Virus record (IMG/VR): IMGVR_UViG_3300035498_000413
Coordinates: 1-64,000 of that record
DNA length: 64,000 bases
Source of the DNA: an uncultured virus (IMG/VR IMGVR_UViG_3300035498_000413)
Taxonomy: Duplodnaviria > Heunggongvirae > Uroviricota > Caudoviricetes
Direction: 5' to 3' (one strand)
The translations under genes and the position numbers were made by a program. The notes beneath the pieces were generated by a model that saw only the letters and a program-made list of their open reading frames with translations, was not told the DNA's origin and did not search any database. Of the stretch, positions 40,871-51,454 are shown piece after piece; within the stretch, counting starts at the first letter, position 1; every line of letters starts with the position of its first letter.

Positions 40871-43234
40871 TTAAATTTCGGTAATAGAAGTCACTGTATC
40901 ATTGTTCTTAATAACCAAATTTCCAAGCATCATTTTACTATACTGCGGAAACTCTTGGGCGGAAACCCGTACAGAACTGCGGTCGCCGGTAATGAGGATA
41001 TCGCTAGTTAAGTCAACTTGAGCTACTCCGCCAATGTCAACTCCATTAGTACATTTTACTCCTTTGCCGCCTCGACCTTGCGTGTTAAACTCCGCCATAT
41101 CAACAAGCTTTCCGTGGCCATCAGCCGTCACGACCGCAAGATAAGGCTTTCTAATAGGTACGCAAGCAACCAGTTCATCACCATCATTAAGCTTAATACC
41201 CTTAACGCCCATCGCAGTTCTCGAAGAAAGTGGCATATCTTCTGTAGCGAATCGAATAATCATACCTCTCTTAGAAATAAGAAGAATATCTTCATCACAC
41301 ATAAAATCAACAGAAGTAAGGAAATTACCTTCCCGCAGCTTTAAAGCCTTAACACCTTTAGAGTGTTTAGTAGAAGTAAATTCTTCAAACTTAGCTTTCT
41401 TAACCGTTCCATCCGCAGTTCCGAAGAATACGTAATTAGGTGTACTATTGTCATTTAACACAGTATAAGCCATTGCGGATTCGCCAGCTTCGAAGTCGAC
41501 TAAACTCGTGAGTAATAGCCCCTTGGTCGCATTAGTAGCTTCAGGAATATCAATGACAGGAAGTCTATACATTTTGCCAGCAGAAGAAAAGATAAGAAGT
41601 GTATCTACAGTATTTGTCTTAGCTGTATATACCATGACATCTTCGTTCTTGGCTCCTACAGTATTTCTACGAGAAGTCTTATAAGACTTACTAGGAATAC
41701 GCTTAATATATCCAGACTTAGAGATATTTACAACACAATCCTCTGGCACAATTTCAGGCTTAGCTTTTTCAAGCTTTTCTTCTTGGATGTCTGCCAGCTT
41801 TGTGCGGCGCTCGTCGCCATATTTCTCTTTAAGGCTCGTTACTTTCTGAATGAGGACTTGATTTCTGTAGCTTTCATTCTCGCAAATCCGCGCACATTCC
41901 TCGATTATCTCTTCCTTCTGTTTTAATTCATCTACTAGCTCTTGCTTATCAATCCGAGTTAGCTTAGCAAGCTTCATATCAAGGATGGCATTAGCTTGAA
42001 TTTCGTCAATACCAAGAAATTCTACTAACTTAGCATTAGCATCTTTCTTTCCTTCTGCTTTCTTAATAAGTTCAATAACTTCATTAATTTTATCTAATGC
42101 TACAAGTAGACCTCTTAAGATATGTGCTCTTGCTTCGGCTTTTTCCTTATCAAACTTAGTGGCGGCGAGTAGAACATTTGTTTGGTGTTTAACATAAGCA
42201 TCTACTAGATCTAACATAGAACAAAGTTTAGGCGTACCATTAACAATGTAATTCATGTTATAGGATACAGTAGTCTGCAAGTCGGTCTTAGCAAAAAGCA
42301 CATTTAAAGCCTTTGCCGCATTAACCCCGCTCTTTATCTTAAAAACTAGTCTGTTCTTGCCTACATTTGATTCATCGCTGAAATCATCAAAATACTTTTC
42401 TAATTCCTCGACGTTCTTATTGATTTGTTCTTTAATTTTATCACGGTAAGTTCTATAAGGAATTGTAGTAAAAATAATTTCATCATTATTTACTTCATAG
42501 TTTCCTCGGACTTTTACAGAAACTTTAGACTTACCAGTTCTAAAAGCTTCACGAATCACAGAACTATTGATAACAGTACCGCCAAGCGGGAAGTCAGGTC
42601 CTTTCATATATTGCATTAATTCATCTACATTCGAGATTTTACCCTCAATATAAGCGATAATAGCATTACAGGCTTCAGTTAGATTATGAGGTACACTAGA
42701 ATGAGATAATGCGACGCCAATAGCTTGTCTACCATTACAAATTGCATTAGGGAAAAGAGAAGGCAAAACAACAGGCTCCATAAATTCGCCATTGTAAGTT
42801 TCTTTTGTCGGTACTACATTCTTCTTATAATCACCCATCATCAAGTCTGCGTAGATAGAAGGTTTAGCTTCTGTATATCTCGAACTAGCTTTCATGTCAT
42901 TAGATTCTTGAGTACCAAGAGAACCTTGACCTGTAATAAGCGGATACCTCATAAGAAATTCTTGGGACATCTTACAAAGCACACCATAACAAGCTTGATC
43001 GCCGTGAAAATACGAGGTCGCTAGAGTAGACCCGACTAGAGCATTACACTTTTTAGTCTTGCTTTTAGAATCCATTTTCAAATAATCTTCCATTGTCCAC
43101 AAGATTTTACGCTGTGCGGAAAGGAGACCATCTTCTGCGGCTGGCACTGCACGATCTGTAAGTACCTCAGAACTATAGGTTAAAAAACATTCTTTCGATT
43201 CATCTAAAATATCTACTTCTGTAATATTCGCCAT
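40871..43234 (-). CDS. gyrA: Type IIA topoisomerase subunit A (GyrA/ParC-like)
   Basis: DRAVP..EDGL, YFHGD, catalytic SSRYTE, GPDFP, and C-terminal beta-pinwheel repeats. Confidence 0.92.
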   Translation of the reverse strand: MANITEVDILDESKECFLTYSSEVLTDRAVPAAEDGLLSAQRKILWTMEDYLKMDSKSKTKKCNALVGSTLATSYFHGDQACYGVLCKMSQEFLMRYPLITGQGSLGTQESNDMKASSRYTEAKPSIYADLMMGDYKKNVVPTKETYNGEFMEPVVLPSLFPNAICNGRQAIGVALSHSSVPHNLTEACNAIIAYIEGKISNVDELMQYMKGPDFPLGGTVINSSVIREAFRTGKSKVSVKVRGNYEVNNDEIIFTTIPYRTYRDKIKEQINKNVEELEKYFDDFSDESNVGKNRLVFKIKSGVNAAKALNVLFAKTDLQTTVSYNMNYIVNGTPKLCSMLDLVDAYVKHQTNVLLAATKFDKEKAEARAHILRGLLVALDKINEVIELIKKAEGKKDANAKLVEFLGIDEIQANAILDMKLAKLTRIDKQELVDELKQKEEIIEECARICENESYRNQVLIQKVTSLKEKYGDERRTKLADIQEEKLEKAKPEIVPEDCVVNISKSGYIKRIPSKSYKTSRRNTVGAKNEDVMVYTAKTNTVDTLLIFSSAGKMYRLPVIDIPEATNATKGLLLTSLVDFEAGESAMAYTVLNDNSTPNYVFFGTADGTVKKAKFEEFTSTKHSKGVKALKLREGNFLTSVDFMCDEDILLISKRGMIIRFATEDMPLSSRTAMGVKGIKLNDGDELVACVPIRKPYLAVVTADGHGKLVDMAEFNTQGRGGKGVKCTNGVDIGGVAQVDLTSDILITGDRSSVRVSAQEFPQYSKMMLGNLVIKNNDTVTSITEI

Positions 43235-43246
43235 TAAATTTCCTCC

Positions 43247-45139
43247 TTAATCAAAGCTAAAACCAAGTTCTGTAGCATTATCATAGATATATTGTCTACG
43301 AGGCTCGATTGCAGGACCTTCTAAAACTTCTAGCAGTTTAATAGTTTCTTCTAAATCAGAAATTGTTAGTTGTTTGTATCTTTCATTCTCAAAGCACACC
43401 TTCTGCAAATCAACTGGGTTCAATTCTCCTAAGCCCTTGGCTCGTAGTAATTCATAACTTCCAGAATTATGACTCTTCCAATCCTCCAATTCTGCGTCAG
43501 AATAACAATAATACTCTTCGCCTTTTTGTCTAATGATATAAAGAGGAGTTACAGCTCGATATAATCTACCAGCTTCCACGAGCGGCCGCATATAAGTACA
43601 AAAGAATGTAATAAGCAAAAGCTCAATCGCACTTCCATCGCTATCTTGGTCGCTGGTGATAACAATCTTATTGAAATTCATTTTAGAAACATCAAAAGCA
43701 TCACCGAATCCTGCACCAATAACTCTAATGATATCAGACATCTCTTGATTAGCTAGAATTTTATCTAAACTAGCTTTTAGAGGACTAATAATCTTACCTC
43801 TTAACATATAGATGCAATCAGTCTTGGCATTACGCGCTTCAACTGCAGCTGACCCGGCGCTTAGCCCCTCGACTATAAGCAGCGTGCGTTCTTCAGGTTT
43901 TTTGTTCACACAATCAATGAACTTATTACTGAGTTGCATCTTAGCTTTAAGACCGGTTTCTTTCTTCTTAGGGTCTCGTGCGGCATCTCGAGCTTTGCGT
44001 GCAGCTTCTCTCGCTCTTCGGGCGTTTAAAGCCTTGTCCGCAATGTTTTTAATTTCTTTTTCATTTGCTGCAAACCAATACTGGAGAGATTCAGTAATGA
44101 TCCCGTTAAAGGGTTTCATATCTAGCTTTACAATTCTAGACTTAGTTTGTGCATCATAAGAAACACCAGGCGCAGAAATATTAAAAGCTAAATACATACC
44201 TTCTTGGCAGTCATCGCCAGAAAGATTACTATCCTTATCTTTAAGCCATCCTTTATCTCTAAAAAACTTATTCATTTCTCTAGTTAGAATAGTTTTAATC
44301 TGAGAAATATGGGGACCAGAATCAGTAAGACCAGTATTCACATATGGAACAATAGTAGAAGAATAGGAATCAGTATACGTCATTACTAGGTCAATACTAT
44401 ACTTACCTTCTGTATGATTGATAGTAAAACGATTCTTTAGAATTTCCTTTTCTTTAACTGCTTTGTCTACTAAATTCTTTAAGCCTTCCTTAGAATAATA
44501 CTTTGTAGTTTCTCCATGACTAGTATATTCAATAGTAAGTCCAGGACAAAGACAAACTAAAACCTCAAGTAAGTCTTTAATTACTTTTTCATTAACCTCG
44601 GGATGGTCAAAGAACTCTTCACTAGGAAGCCATTTTACATAAGTGCCGGAAGGCTGCTCTGTATCTGTCACTTCTCTCGATGTAAAGATACCTTCATCAA
44701 ATCTGATTTTTTCCATCTTACCATCACGATAAGAAGTAACTTCAAGCCAATGACTTAAAAAGGTAGGAAGCTTAGAACCAATACCGTTAAGACCTAAAGC
44801 AGTACCTTCATATACGCCATCTTCACTATATTTACCACTAGTATTAAGTACACTAAAGCTAGCTTCAAGGACAGTTTTACCATCTTCCCGCACACTATTA
44901 ATCAAGAAACCTTGTGCATAGTCTCTAACTTCAATAACATTATCATCATTTACTTTTACTTCAATTTTAGACCCATTACCAGCTCGAAATTCATCAACAG
45001 CATTGCTAATAATTTCGATTAAAAGCTGTGTGGAATACTCAGTGCTACCTACGTAGACACCAGGCCTCAAGCGTGTAAACTCCCTAGGATCTAAGCTTTG
45101 AATAGAATTTTCATCATATAGATTTTTATTATCTTTCAT
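43247..45139 (-). CDS. gyrB: Type IIA topoisomerase subunit B (GyrB/ParE-like)
   Basis: RPGVYVG, EIISNAVDE, GLNGIG, VEGLSAG, LRGK, DQDSDG and KGLGE motifs. Confidence 0.92.
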   Translation of the reverse strand: MKDNKNLYDENSIQSLDPREFTRLRPGVYVGSTEYSTQLLIEIISNAVDEFRAGNGSKIEVKVNDDNVIEVRDYAQGFLINSVREDGKTVLEASFSVLNTSGKYSEDGVYEGTALGLNGIGSKLPTFLSHWLEVTSYRDGKMEKIRFDEGIFTSREVTDTEQPSGTYVKWLPSEEFFDHPEVNEKVIKDLLEVLVCLCPGLTIEYTSHGETTKYYSKEGLKNLVDKAVKEKEILKNRFTINHTEGKYSIDLVMTYTDSYSSTIVPYVNTGLTDSGPHISQIKTILTREMNKFFRDKGWLKDKDSNLSGDDCQEGMYLAFNISAPGVSYDAQTKSRIVKLDMKPFNGIITESLQYWFAANEKEIKNIADKALNARRAREAARKARDAARDPKKKETGLKAKMQLSNKFIDCVNKKPEERTLLIVEGLSAGSAAVEARNAKTDCIYMLRGKIISPLKASLDKILANQEMSDIIRVIGAGFGDAFDVSKMNFNKIVITSDQDSDGSAIELLLITFFCTYMRPLVEAGRLYRAVTPLYIIRQKGEEYYCYSDAELEDWKSHNSGSYELLRAKGLGELNPVDLQKVCFENERYKQLTISDLEETIKLLEVLEGPAIEPRRQYIYDNATELGFSFD

Positions 45140-45290
45140 CTAATGGTATAAACCTCCTTAGATTGAAATTTTAAATTTACTAAGTTATAATATTTTTGTT
45201 AAGTGAAAGAGAAATGAATGATTGGAAGTCCTCTCTATCACTTTTCTTTAATAATTATACAACAAATTTTTTAGAATTTCAAATAAAAAT

Positions 45291-45318
45291 AAAAAGGGCG
45301 GAACTTAGTTCCGCCCTT
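45291..45318 (-). terminator. Intrinsic terminator ending the lysis operon
   Basis: AAGGGCGGAAC-loop-GTTCCGCCCTT followed by Ts on the minus strand. Confidence 0.85.
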
Positions 45319-45323
45319 AATAA

Positions 45324-45629
45324 TCAGATGTCGGGAGTAACATCATCTAAATCTTCAGCGCTAGAATTCATATCTTTCATTATAGTCTCAAACTTCAATC
45401 CGCCTGCGGTATTCTCTGCTTTTGCTTTAGAATAATAAAAAGCTTGACTTACTGCATAAGCGCCCCAAGGTAAACTTGACATTGCAGATAGCCAAGGCAA
45501 AGAACCTGTATAACCTTTAAATATGCAGATAAAAGCAAGAGCAATGAAAGATATAGTCATAATCCAAATTAAAATAGATTCTTGGACTAGTAGTGTTTTA
45601 GAAAATTCTTTATTACTTGAATTTCTCAT
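45324..45629 (-). CDS. Two-TM membrane protein, putative holin
   Basis: EFSK, two hydrophobic helices and FYYSKAKAEN; overlaps the endolysin stop. Confidence 0.65.
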   Translation of the reverse strand: MRNSSNKEFSKTLLVQESILIWIMTISFIALAFICIFKGYTGSLPWLSAMSSLPWGAYAVSQAFYYSKAKAENTAGGLKFETIMKDMNSSAEDLDDVTPDI

Positions 45630-46443
45630 AATATCTATGTAGCACCGCTGCAAACTCTTCACGAGTTAAGAATTTCTTATACTGCATTTTACCGTCTGAG
45701 CCAGTAATAAGATTATTACTCTCTGCCCATGTGCGGTCTGCGCTACTCCAAGAACTAGGATCCTTTTCGGCTAAAGATTTTAGGTATACATCCATCATCT
45801 TGTTAAAATCTTCTTGAGTCACGATTTCTTCCTCCTTTTGCGATTTCGCCTGATTAGTAGTGGTATTAGAACTAGCTGTAGTAGTTGTAGTCAATCTCTT
45901 TTTGAAAGCTAACCACTGACTTTCATCGCCTGTATCTGCGTTCCAACCAACGATGCCAGGACACTATTTACCATTTACATCGTAATGACGAATAACATGA
46001 TTAACATCAATATTATACTTATCCATTAAATATTTCACTAAGTCTACAGCATTATTAAGTGCAGCATCCTTGAAATAATAATTAGAGTCATTAGCATATG
46101 TCATCTTGCCAGTTTTATTGGTAGAACAAATCTCAATACCAATAGTATTTTTTAAAGTAGCTACTCCGTAGAGTGAACCACCTTTAGTAGCGTATTTAGA
46201 ACCACCACAATGCCAAGCATATCTATTAGCTATATCAGGATTAAACTAGACTATAGTTCCATCATCCACAATAAAATCTGCTGAGGCTTTTACGCTAGCA
46301 TTACTAAAATAAGACGCAGTGCTTGCCGCAGTACCAGCTTTAGAAGTCACACCGGCTGTATAATGAATTACGATATATTTAATTGAACGATTAGGCAAAG
46401 ATGTAGTATTTGTTGTACTAGTTTTCTTAGTAATATTTAACAT
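45613..46443 (-). CDS. N-acetylmuramoyl-L-alanine amidase endolysin (Amidase_2 plus SLH-like domain), 2 TAG=Gln
   Basis: YIVIHYTA, AWHCG, IGIEIC and RHYDVNGK(TAG)CPG; C-terminal LITG...TREEFAAVLHR. Confidence 0.9.
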
Positions 46444-46491
46444 TATTTCACTTCCTTTCAAAAGAAAAAAAAGAAGCACATAAAGCGCTTC

Positions 46492-47820
46492 TCATTTTCT
46501 TCTTAACAAGTATATAATTCCTAGGCTTGCGATTATACTCAAGACTATATAAACATAACTAGAGTCTCCAGTCTAAGGTACCTCCGCAAGTGGAATTGTT
46601 GTATCTAAAATAGTAGTTGTAGTAGATTTAATAGTATCTGTTTCTTTAGCTATTGATTCTTCGTTCTCTAAATCTGAGGTTTCTTCTTCGATAATAAATT
46701 CTTCGTTCTCTAAATCTGAGGTTTCTTCTTCGATAATAAATTCTTCTTTACGGGGAATTTCTTCCTCAATAATAGGCTCCTCTTCCGTGGGTAACGTTTC
46801 ATCAGGAAGAGGAGTCTAAATTGGCTTACTTACTATAGGTTTATTGTTAGAGCTAGAACTAGAAGGAATCTATGGAGTTTCTTCTTTTTCAGCTTTGATC
46901 CATTTACCATATAAAGTAGTATTGCTTATTAGTTTATAAGTAGAATCAGTTAAGATATTAGTTTGCTCTTCATCAGTAGACCATCCGGAAAATTTATAGG
47001 TTATTCCATCTATAACTTTATCTTCTGTAGAATAAAATTGTCTCGTAGATTCATCATAGCCTATGGTTATTTCTTTTCCTTCTTCTGATTTAGTATAATA
47101 AACTATATCTCCACTATAAGGAAGAGTATCTTCTGGATTTAAATCTCCATCTAATAAAATATATTGTAATGTAATACTATTATAGTTCTTAATAGCATCC
47201 ATATTAGCTATAATATTTCCATCAATATGCCATGGATTTGGGTCAGATGAACTTTCTGCTTTCTTTAAAGTATACCATTCTATATCATAAAACACAGGAT
47301 TTCCATCCTCGTCATACTCTTTTAGCAAATCTTTATCTACATATTCACCATTAAGCGTTATAATGGTTTTTGTCTCTAAAGATTTCTAAACAGCTTCTAT
47401 CGCTTCTTGCTTGGTTAATGGATTTTCTACCATGGTTTCTACTAATCCTTCAATTACTTGGCTAATTACCTAACTATTTTCTGATGAATTTCCTATAATA
47501 GCATAAGTACCATTAAAGGAAGATATATAATCTTTATTAGTAATAGTAGTAACTTCTCCATTCATAGTAATTTCAGTTTCGCTTTCTATCCAATTATTCC
47601 AAGCTTCTTCATCTATAGTAATCTAACTTTCAGAATCACTTAAAGCACTTGTAAAACTAGATATTGGTCTATTATTAACTCCATCAGCGGCTGAGTCTAA
47701 AATCTAACCATTAAGATTTACATACCAATTAATAGTTTCTGTTTCGGACTCAGCCGCTAATGCTATTGGCGTACAAAATAATAAAATACCTAAAAAAATA
47801 GGGACAAAACGTTTTGCCAT
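46492..47820 (-). CDS. Sortase-anchored surface protein: signal peptide, InlB B-repeat-like domain, VP(Q)TG, TM helix, RRK tail; TAG-recoded
   Basis: MAKRFVPIFLGILLFCTPIALA signal peptide; YKFSGWS...TTLYGKW repeat; acidic linker; VP(TAG)TGDSSYVYIVLSIIASLGIIYLLRRK-stop. Seven TAGs. Confidence 0.82.
46657..46746. repeat. 42-bp coding tandem duplication (EEFIIEEETSDLEN twice)
   Basis: Two identical 42-nt units starting at 46657 and 46699. Confidence 0.9.
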
Positions 47821-47846
47821 ATAACTCATCTCCTTTAATTTTGAAG

Positions 47847-47939
47847 TATGAGTTTGGTAGTCGGACTAGCTTAGTTAATACTTTAGCTTCCTAACTTTGC
47901 GTCCTAACTTTTCAGTTAGTTTGCCTTTTCATTCTCACA
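47847..47939 (-). promoter_or_regulatory. Cyclic di-GMP class I (GEMM) riboswitch
   Basis: Minus strand GGCAAAC-TAACT-GAAA-AGTTA-GGACGCAAAG...GCTAA...TAGTCCGACTACC matches the GEMM consensus. P1 is GTGAG/CTCAT; it lies directly 5' of the surface-protein RBS. Confidence 0.88.
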
Positions 47940-49173
47940 TTAATTCTGCCCTAGCAGCTATTTTAGACCTATAACAATTTTGAAGAGTTACCTCTCCATA
48001 GTAAGGTTCGCCGCGGAATACTTCCGAGGCCCGCCGCAGACCATTATTATTATTTTCATATACCTTTAAATCAACTTGTGCTTTATCATCGCCTTCAACG
48101 ATACAGATACAATTCTCTCCAATCCGCTAAAGCATAAGTTGCATTAAATCTATAGTAGTATTTTGCGCTTCTGTGATATATACGCCAGCTCTACTACCTA
48201 TATCCAGTCCTCTGCAATCAGAAGCAGGAATCAATATCAAAGTGCCTTCTTCTATCAGTCTCTCTACTGCTTCACAACCGCCGAATTTACCAATCAAGAA
48301 ATTACCAATCTATGAATCGAGAAGTTTAGATTCTTTAGACCCAGGATAAAAGCCAAGTCTAGCCGAGTCTTTAGTAGCGACAGGGTTACATAGAATAACT
48401 ATTTTGTCTATAATGCCTTTTTCTAACGCATACATAAGATAAGCCATTGCAGTATAAGACTTTCCTGTTCCAGCTTTACCTCTAATAATAGTCATGGTAT
48501 TGTTACACAAACTATCAAATAATAATTTTTGATAAATATCATTTTTATAAGGAATAACTTCACCAAACCAATCAGAAGTAAAAGAGTTGTAATTTAAATG
48601 TCTATATGAGTCTCCTTGCCACACTAAGACATCTGCTACTTTATCTTCTTCTCGTACTATCAAGTATTCTCCACATAATAAACCATAAGGGTTTTTATCT
48701 TGATATATATCTGCTACTGAGCTATCACTCACGCTCACTTCAATATATCCTGTATATTCTTCGGCGGGAGCTATAGCTTTAATACAGCCATCACCCAAGA
48801 ATTGATTCGCTAATAAAGCGAGAGAAAAATCATTTGTAACGAAGTCTATATCATCTATATGTAAATTGTTATTAGCATAAATAACATCTGATAGGATTTT
48901 AGAATCATTATTCAACTCGAAATCTGCTTCTACAATCGGTTTTTCGTAAGCACTTTTATGTAAAATTACGTCATACTTATCAGTATTTTCATATAAAAAT
49001 TTTAATAAATTTCTTGCTGAATACTTAACTTCTTCATTTTTATGAGTAGAAGTCTTTATATTTTCTAATTCTTTAATTGTAATAGAAGAAACTAAAAACT
49101 TGTTTTCGTCGTCAAAGCTGGTTTTTAGTAACAAACTAGATGTATCATAAAAGTTAATCATCTTCTTCTTCAT
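47935..49173 (-). CDS. phoH: PIN-PhoH protein, 2 TAG=Gln
   Basis: PIN domain (YDTSSL, KELE, NDSKIL, VTND); GKAGTGKS, LGFYPG, EAQN, L(Q)RIGE and GD..QVD; TGA at 47935. Confidence 0.88.
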
Positions 49174-49378
49174 CTCCTTCTTCGCCTAGAGTAAAACCAA
49201 TTACTCTAGTAGGTTCTTCTTCACCATTCAGCTTAGCTATTTTCGCATTAAGTTCTCCAATTTTAATGCTAAATTTAGCCTTAATTAATTCAGTAATATA
49301 AGTAATAATAGTTACTAATAAATCTAGTAAAGAAGTTCCTATAGTGGCAAAGAGGATTCCTAAAATAAAATACTTAAT
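49154..49378 (-). CDS. Small membrane protein with probable ATT start
   Basis: GGAGG-7 nt-ATT; IKYFILGILFATIG hydrophobic helix, VIGF motif and acidic tail. No ATG, GTG or TTG in frame. Confidence 0.55.
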   Translation of the reverse strand: MKYFILGILFATIGTSLLDLLVTIITYITELIKAKFSIKIGELNAKIAKLNGEEEPTRVIGFTLGEEGDEEEDD

Positions 49379-49419
49379 AGAAATTCCTCCTAGAGATATT
49401 AAAAAAAGGATTAAATAAT

Positions 49420-49887
49420 TTAATCCTTTTCGTCCTTATTTTGTCTCTGTCTCTTTAGAGAACTGATAACAGTTTCTTGAGCCTTAAGATATTCATTAAG
49501 TTCATTTCTAAGAATCTTTAAATCTCTGGAATAACGGCGGTACTTATTCTCGGCCATCCGCACTTGTCTTTTAAATCTATTCTGCGGATCTGCTTCTACA
49601 ATGGCATCTTTATCTTCATATAGATTAAACATAGCATCTTTATAAGCCTTATTCAGAATTTTCCACTCTCGTTCTGCATCAGCAGTAGCCCAATAAGCCG
49701 CTTCAATTAAAGCCCGCTGATGGGCAATATTAAATCCAATTTTAGGAGAATAGAATTCTTCATCTTCCTCGCAACAAGCACTAAAACCAGTATAATCAGT
49801 ACCATTGTAATTAATAGTAGCTACAGTCATATGGTCTAAAGTTTTCTCTTTAACCGGACATTTGTTTAATACTCTAATTAAATTCAT
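49420..49887 (-). CDS. Hypothetical protein
   Basis: RBS AGGAG, own sigma70-like promoter, 155 aa. Confidence 0.7.
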   Translation of the reverse strand: MNLIRVLNKCPVKEKTLDHMTVATINYNGTDYTGFSACCEEDEEFYSPKIGFNIAHQRALIEAAYWATADAEREWKILNKAYKDAMFNLYEDKDAIVEADPQNRFKRQVRMAENKYRRYSRDLKILRNELNEYLKAQETVISSLKRQRQNKDEKD

Positions 49888-50039
49888 AATATGAATCTCC
49901 TTTTTTCTTTTATTATATCAGAAATTTTATATTAAAGCCATTTTACCAAAAAATTTCCCTATGGGCGTAATGAACTGGACCTCGGAGCATAACTTAATAC
50001 AACGAAACCCCTGAAGGTATTATACCTCCAGGGGTTATA

Positions 50040-50912
50040 TCAATAGTTTAATGCGTTATATTTATCCAGAAAATGATGGATACCGGGCGCGCACTCTTCC
50101 CATCTATTGTCATCGAAATCCTTTACTTCCACTGTTTCTCCAACCCGATAAATAAAAGATACATTATACTGACTAAAAGCTTTATCATAGTATATATTAG
50201 GACAATCTTTATCAACAATAGACAGAACTTTAGCTTTACTTGCTCTACATTTAGGTCCTCCTGCAGAACTCCGCTTTGCATCTGCAGGAATTTCTAGCTT
50301 TGCAATCGCAGACCGTCCATTTTTACTCCAAACTTTCTTAAAAGCAATATAAGAGCCCTCGGAAGGACAATCTATACCAGGTCTTAAAAATAGGTTATGA
50401 GGCTCTATAGATTCAAATGAACCACAATTATAATTATGATAAAAATCATAAATATTTATAACATTATTTGCAGTAAACTTAGAATACAGAAAATTACAAG
50501 TATAAAAATTGCTATAAATAGTACAGCTATCAAATTTAATTCTTATTTCAGCTTCCAAGAAATCATTATCTTGAATATCACAATGGATACAAGCACAATC
50601 TTTCTGAAAGAATACGCCTTTAATAATACAAGCTGTAAAATCAGTCTTACAGAAAATGCAATTATAGAAACACATCTTTTTAATACTAGAATATTCAATA
50701 CTAGAATTTAAGAAAAATACTGTATCTAGCGTACAATTATAAAAGCTAGAATCTCCATAAAATACGCAATTAACAAAAACACAATTCTCGAATTTTACAT
50801 CAGAGACAATAATATTCTTAAATTCACAATCTTCGAACCGAGCATAGCTGAAATCTTTATCTCTAATAAAAACTCTTTCTAAGTTTAAATTCTTATAAAT
50901 TCTGGGTTCCAT
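50040..50912 (-). CDS. Pentapeptide-repeat protein with DUF5758-like C-terminus
   Basis: FxNCxF repeats; AFKK...KLEIPADAKRSS...KCRASKAKV...ECAPGIHHF. Confidence 0.8.
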   Translation of the reverse strand: MEPRIYKNLNLERVFIRDKDFSYARFEDCEFKNIIVSDVKFENCVFVNCVFYGDSSFYNCTLDTVFFLNSSIEYSSIKKMCFYNCIFCKTDFTACIIKGVFFQKDCACIHCDIQDNDFLEAEIRIKFDSCTIYSNFYTCNFLYSKFTANNVINIYDFYHNYNCGSFESIEPHNLFLRPGIDCPSEGSYIAFKKVWSKNGRSAIAKLEIPADAKRSSAGGPKCRASKAKVLSIVDKDCPNIYYDKAFSQYNVSFIYRVGETVEVKDFDDNRWEECAPGIHHFLDKYNALNY

Positions 50913-51454
50913 GCTTCTTTGCACTCCTTTATAATTTCATCTAATTCAATAGGTCTACAGTCATGTGCCTCCATATCTGCATGATAAATCATCCCTTTAT
51001 TCCAATCGGAGAATCTATTCGGAGTATGAGTATGACCACAAATATTCAAAATTCTAGTTTTAAAGGATTTCTTATAATCATCTATATTGGAAACAAGAGT
51101 AGGAAAATGGCTGAATAGAATCATAGGTTTAGATTTATACATTAGGTAACTATGAGAAATATAAGATACATTGGAACAAGTTTCATACATTTCTTGCCGT
51201 TTAATAGTATCATGGTTTCCTACAATAATATGCAATTTACCGTTCATACTTTCAATTAGGTTTTTATTACCTTCAATGTCGGTACTAAGACACAAATCAC
51301 CTAGCACATAAACAGTATCCTCCGGCCGCACTAACTCATTGTGCCGCCGCACGATTTCTTGATTCATTTCTTCTACTGATTCAAATCCTCTTGCTTCCCA
51401 GATAAAACTTTTATCATGGTTAAAATGCCAATCAGAAGTAACCCAAATACTCAA
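50885..51454 (-). CDS. Calcineurin-like metallophosphoesterase
   Basis: SDWHFNH, LGD, GNHD, SHFP and GHTH motifs. Confidence 0.88.
   Translation of the reverse strand: MSIWVTSDWHFNHDKSFIWEARGFESVEEMNQEIVRRHNELVRPEDTVYVLGDLCLSTDIEGNKNLIESMNGKLHIIVGNHDTIKRQEMYETCSNVSYISHSYLMYKSKPMILFSHFPTLVSNIDDYKKSFKTRILNICGHTHTPNRFSDWNKGMIYHADMEAHDCRPIELDEIIKECKEAWNPEFIRI

Noticed and set aside
46657..46746. 42-bp repeat as a mini-CRISPR
   Set aside because: The copies are adjacent with no spacer and lie in frame in an acidic linker.
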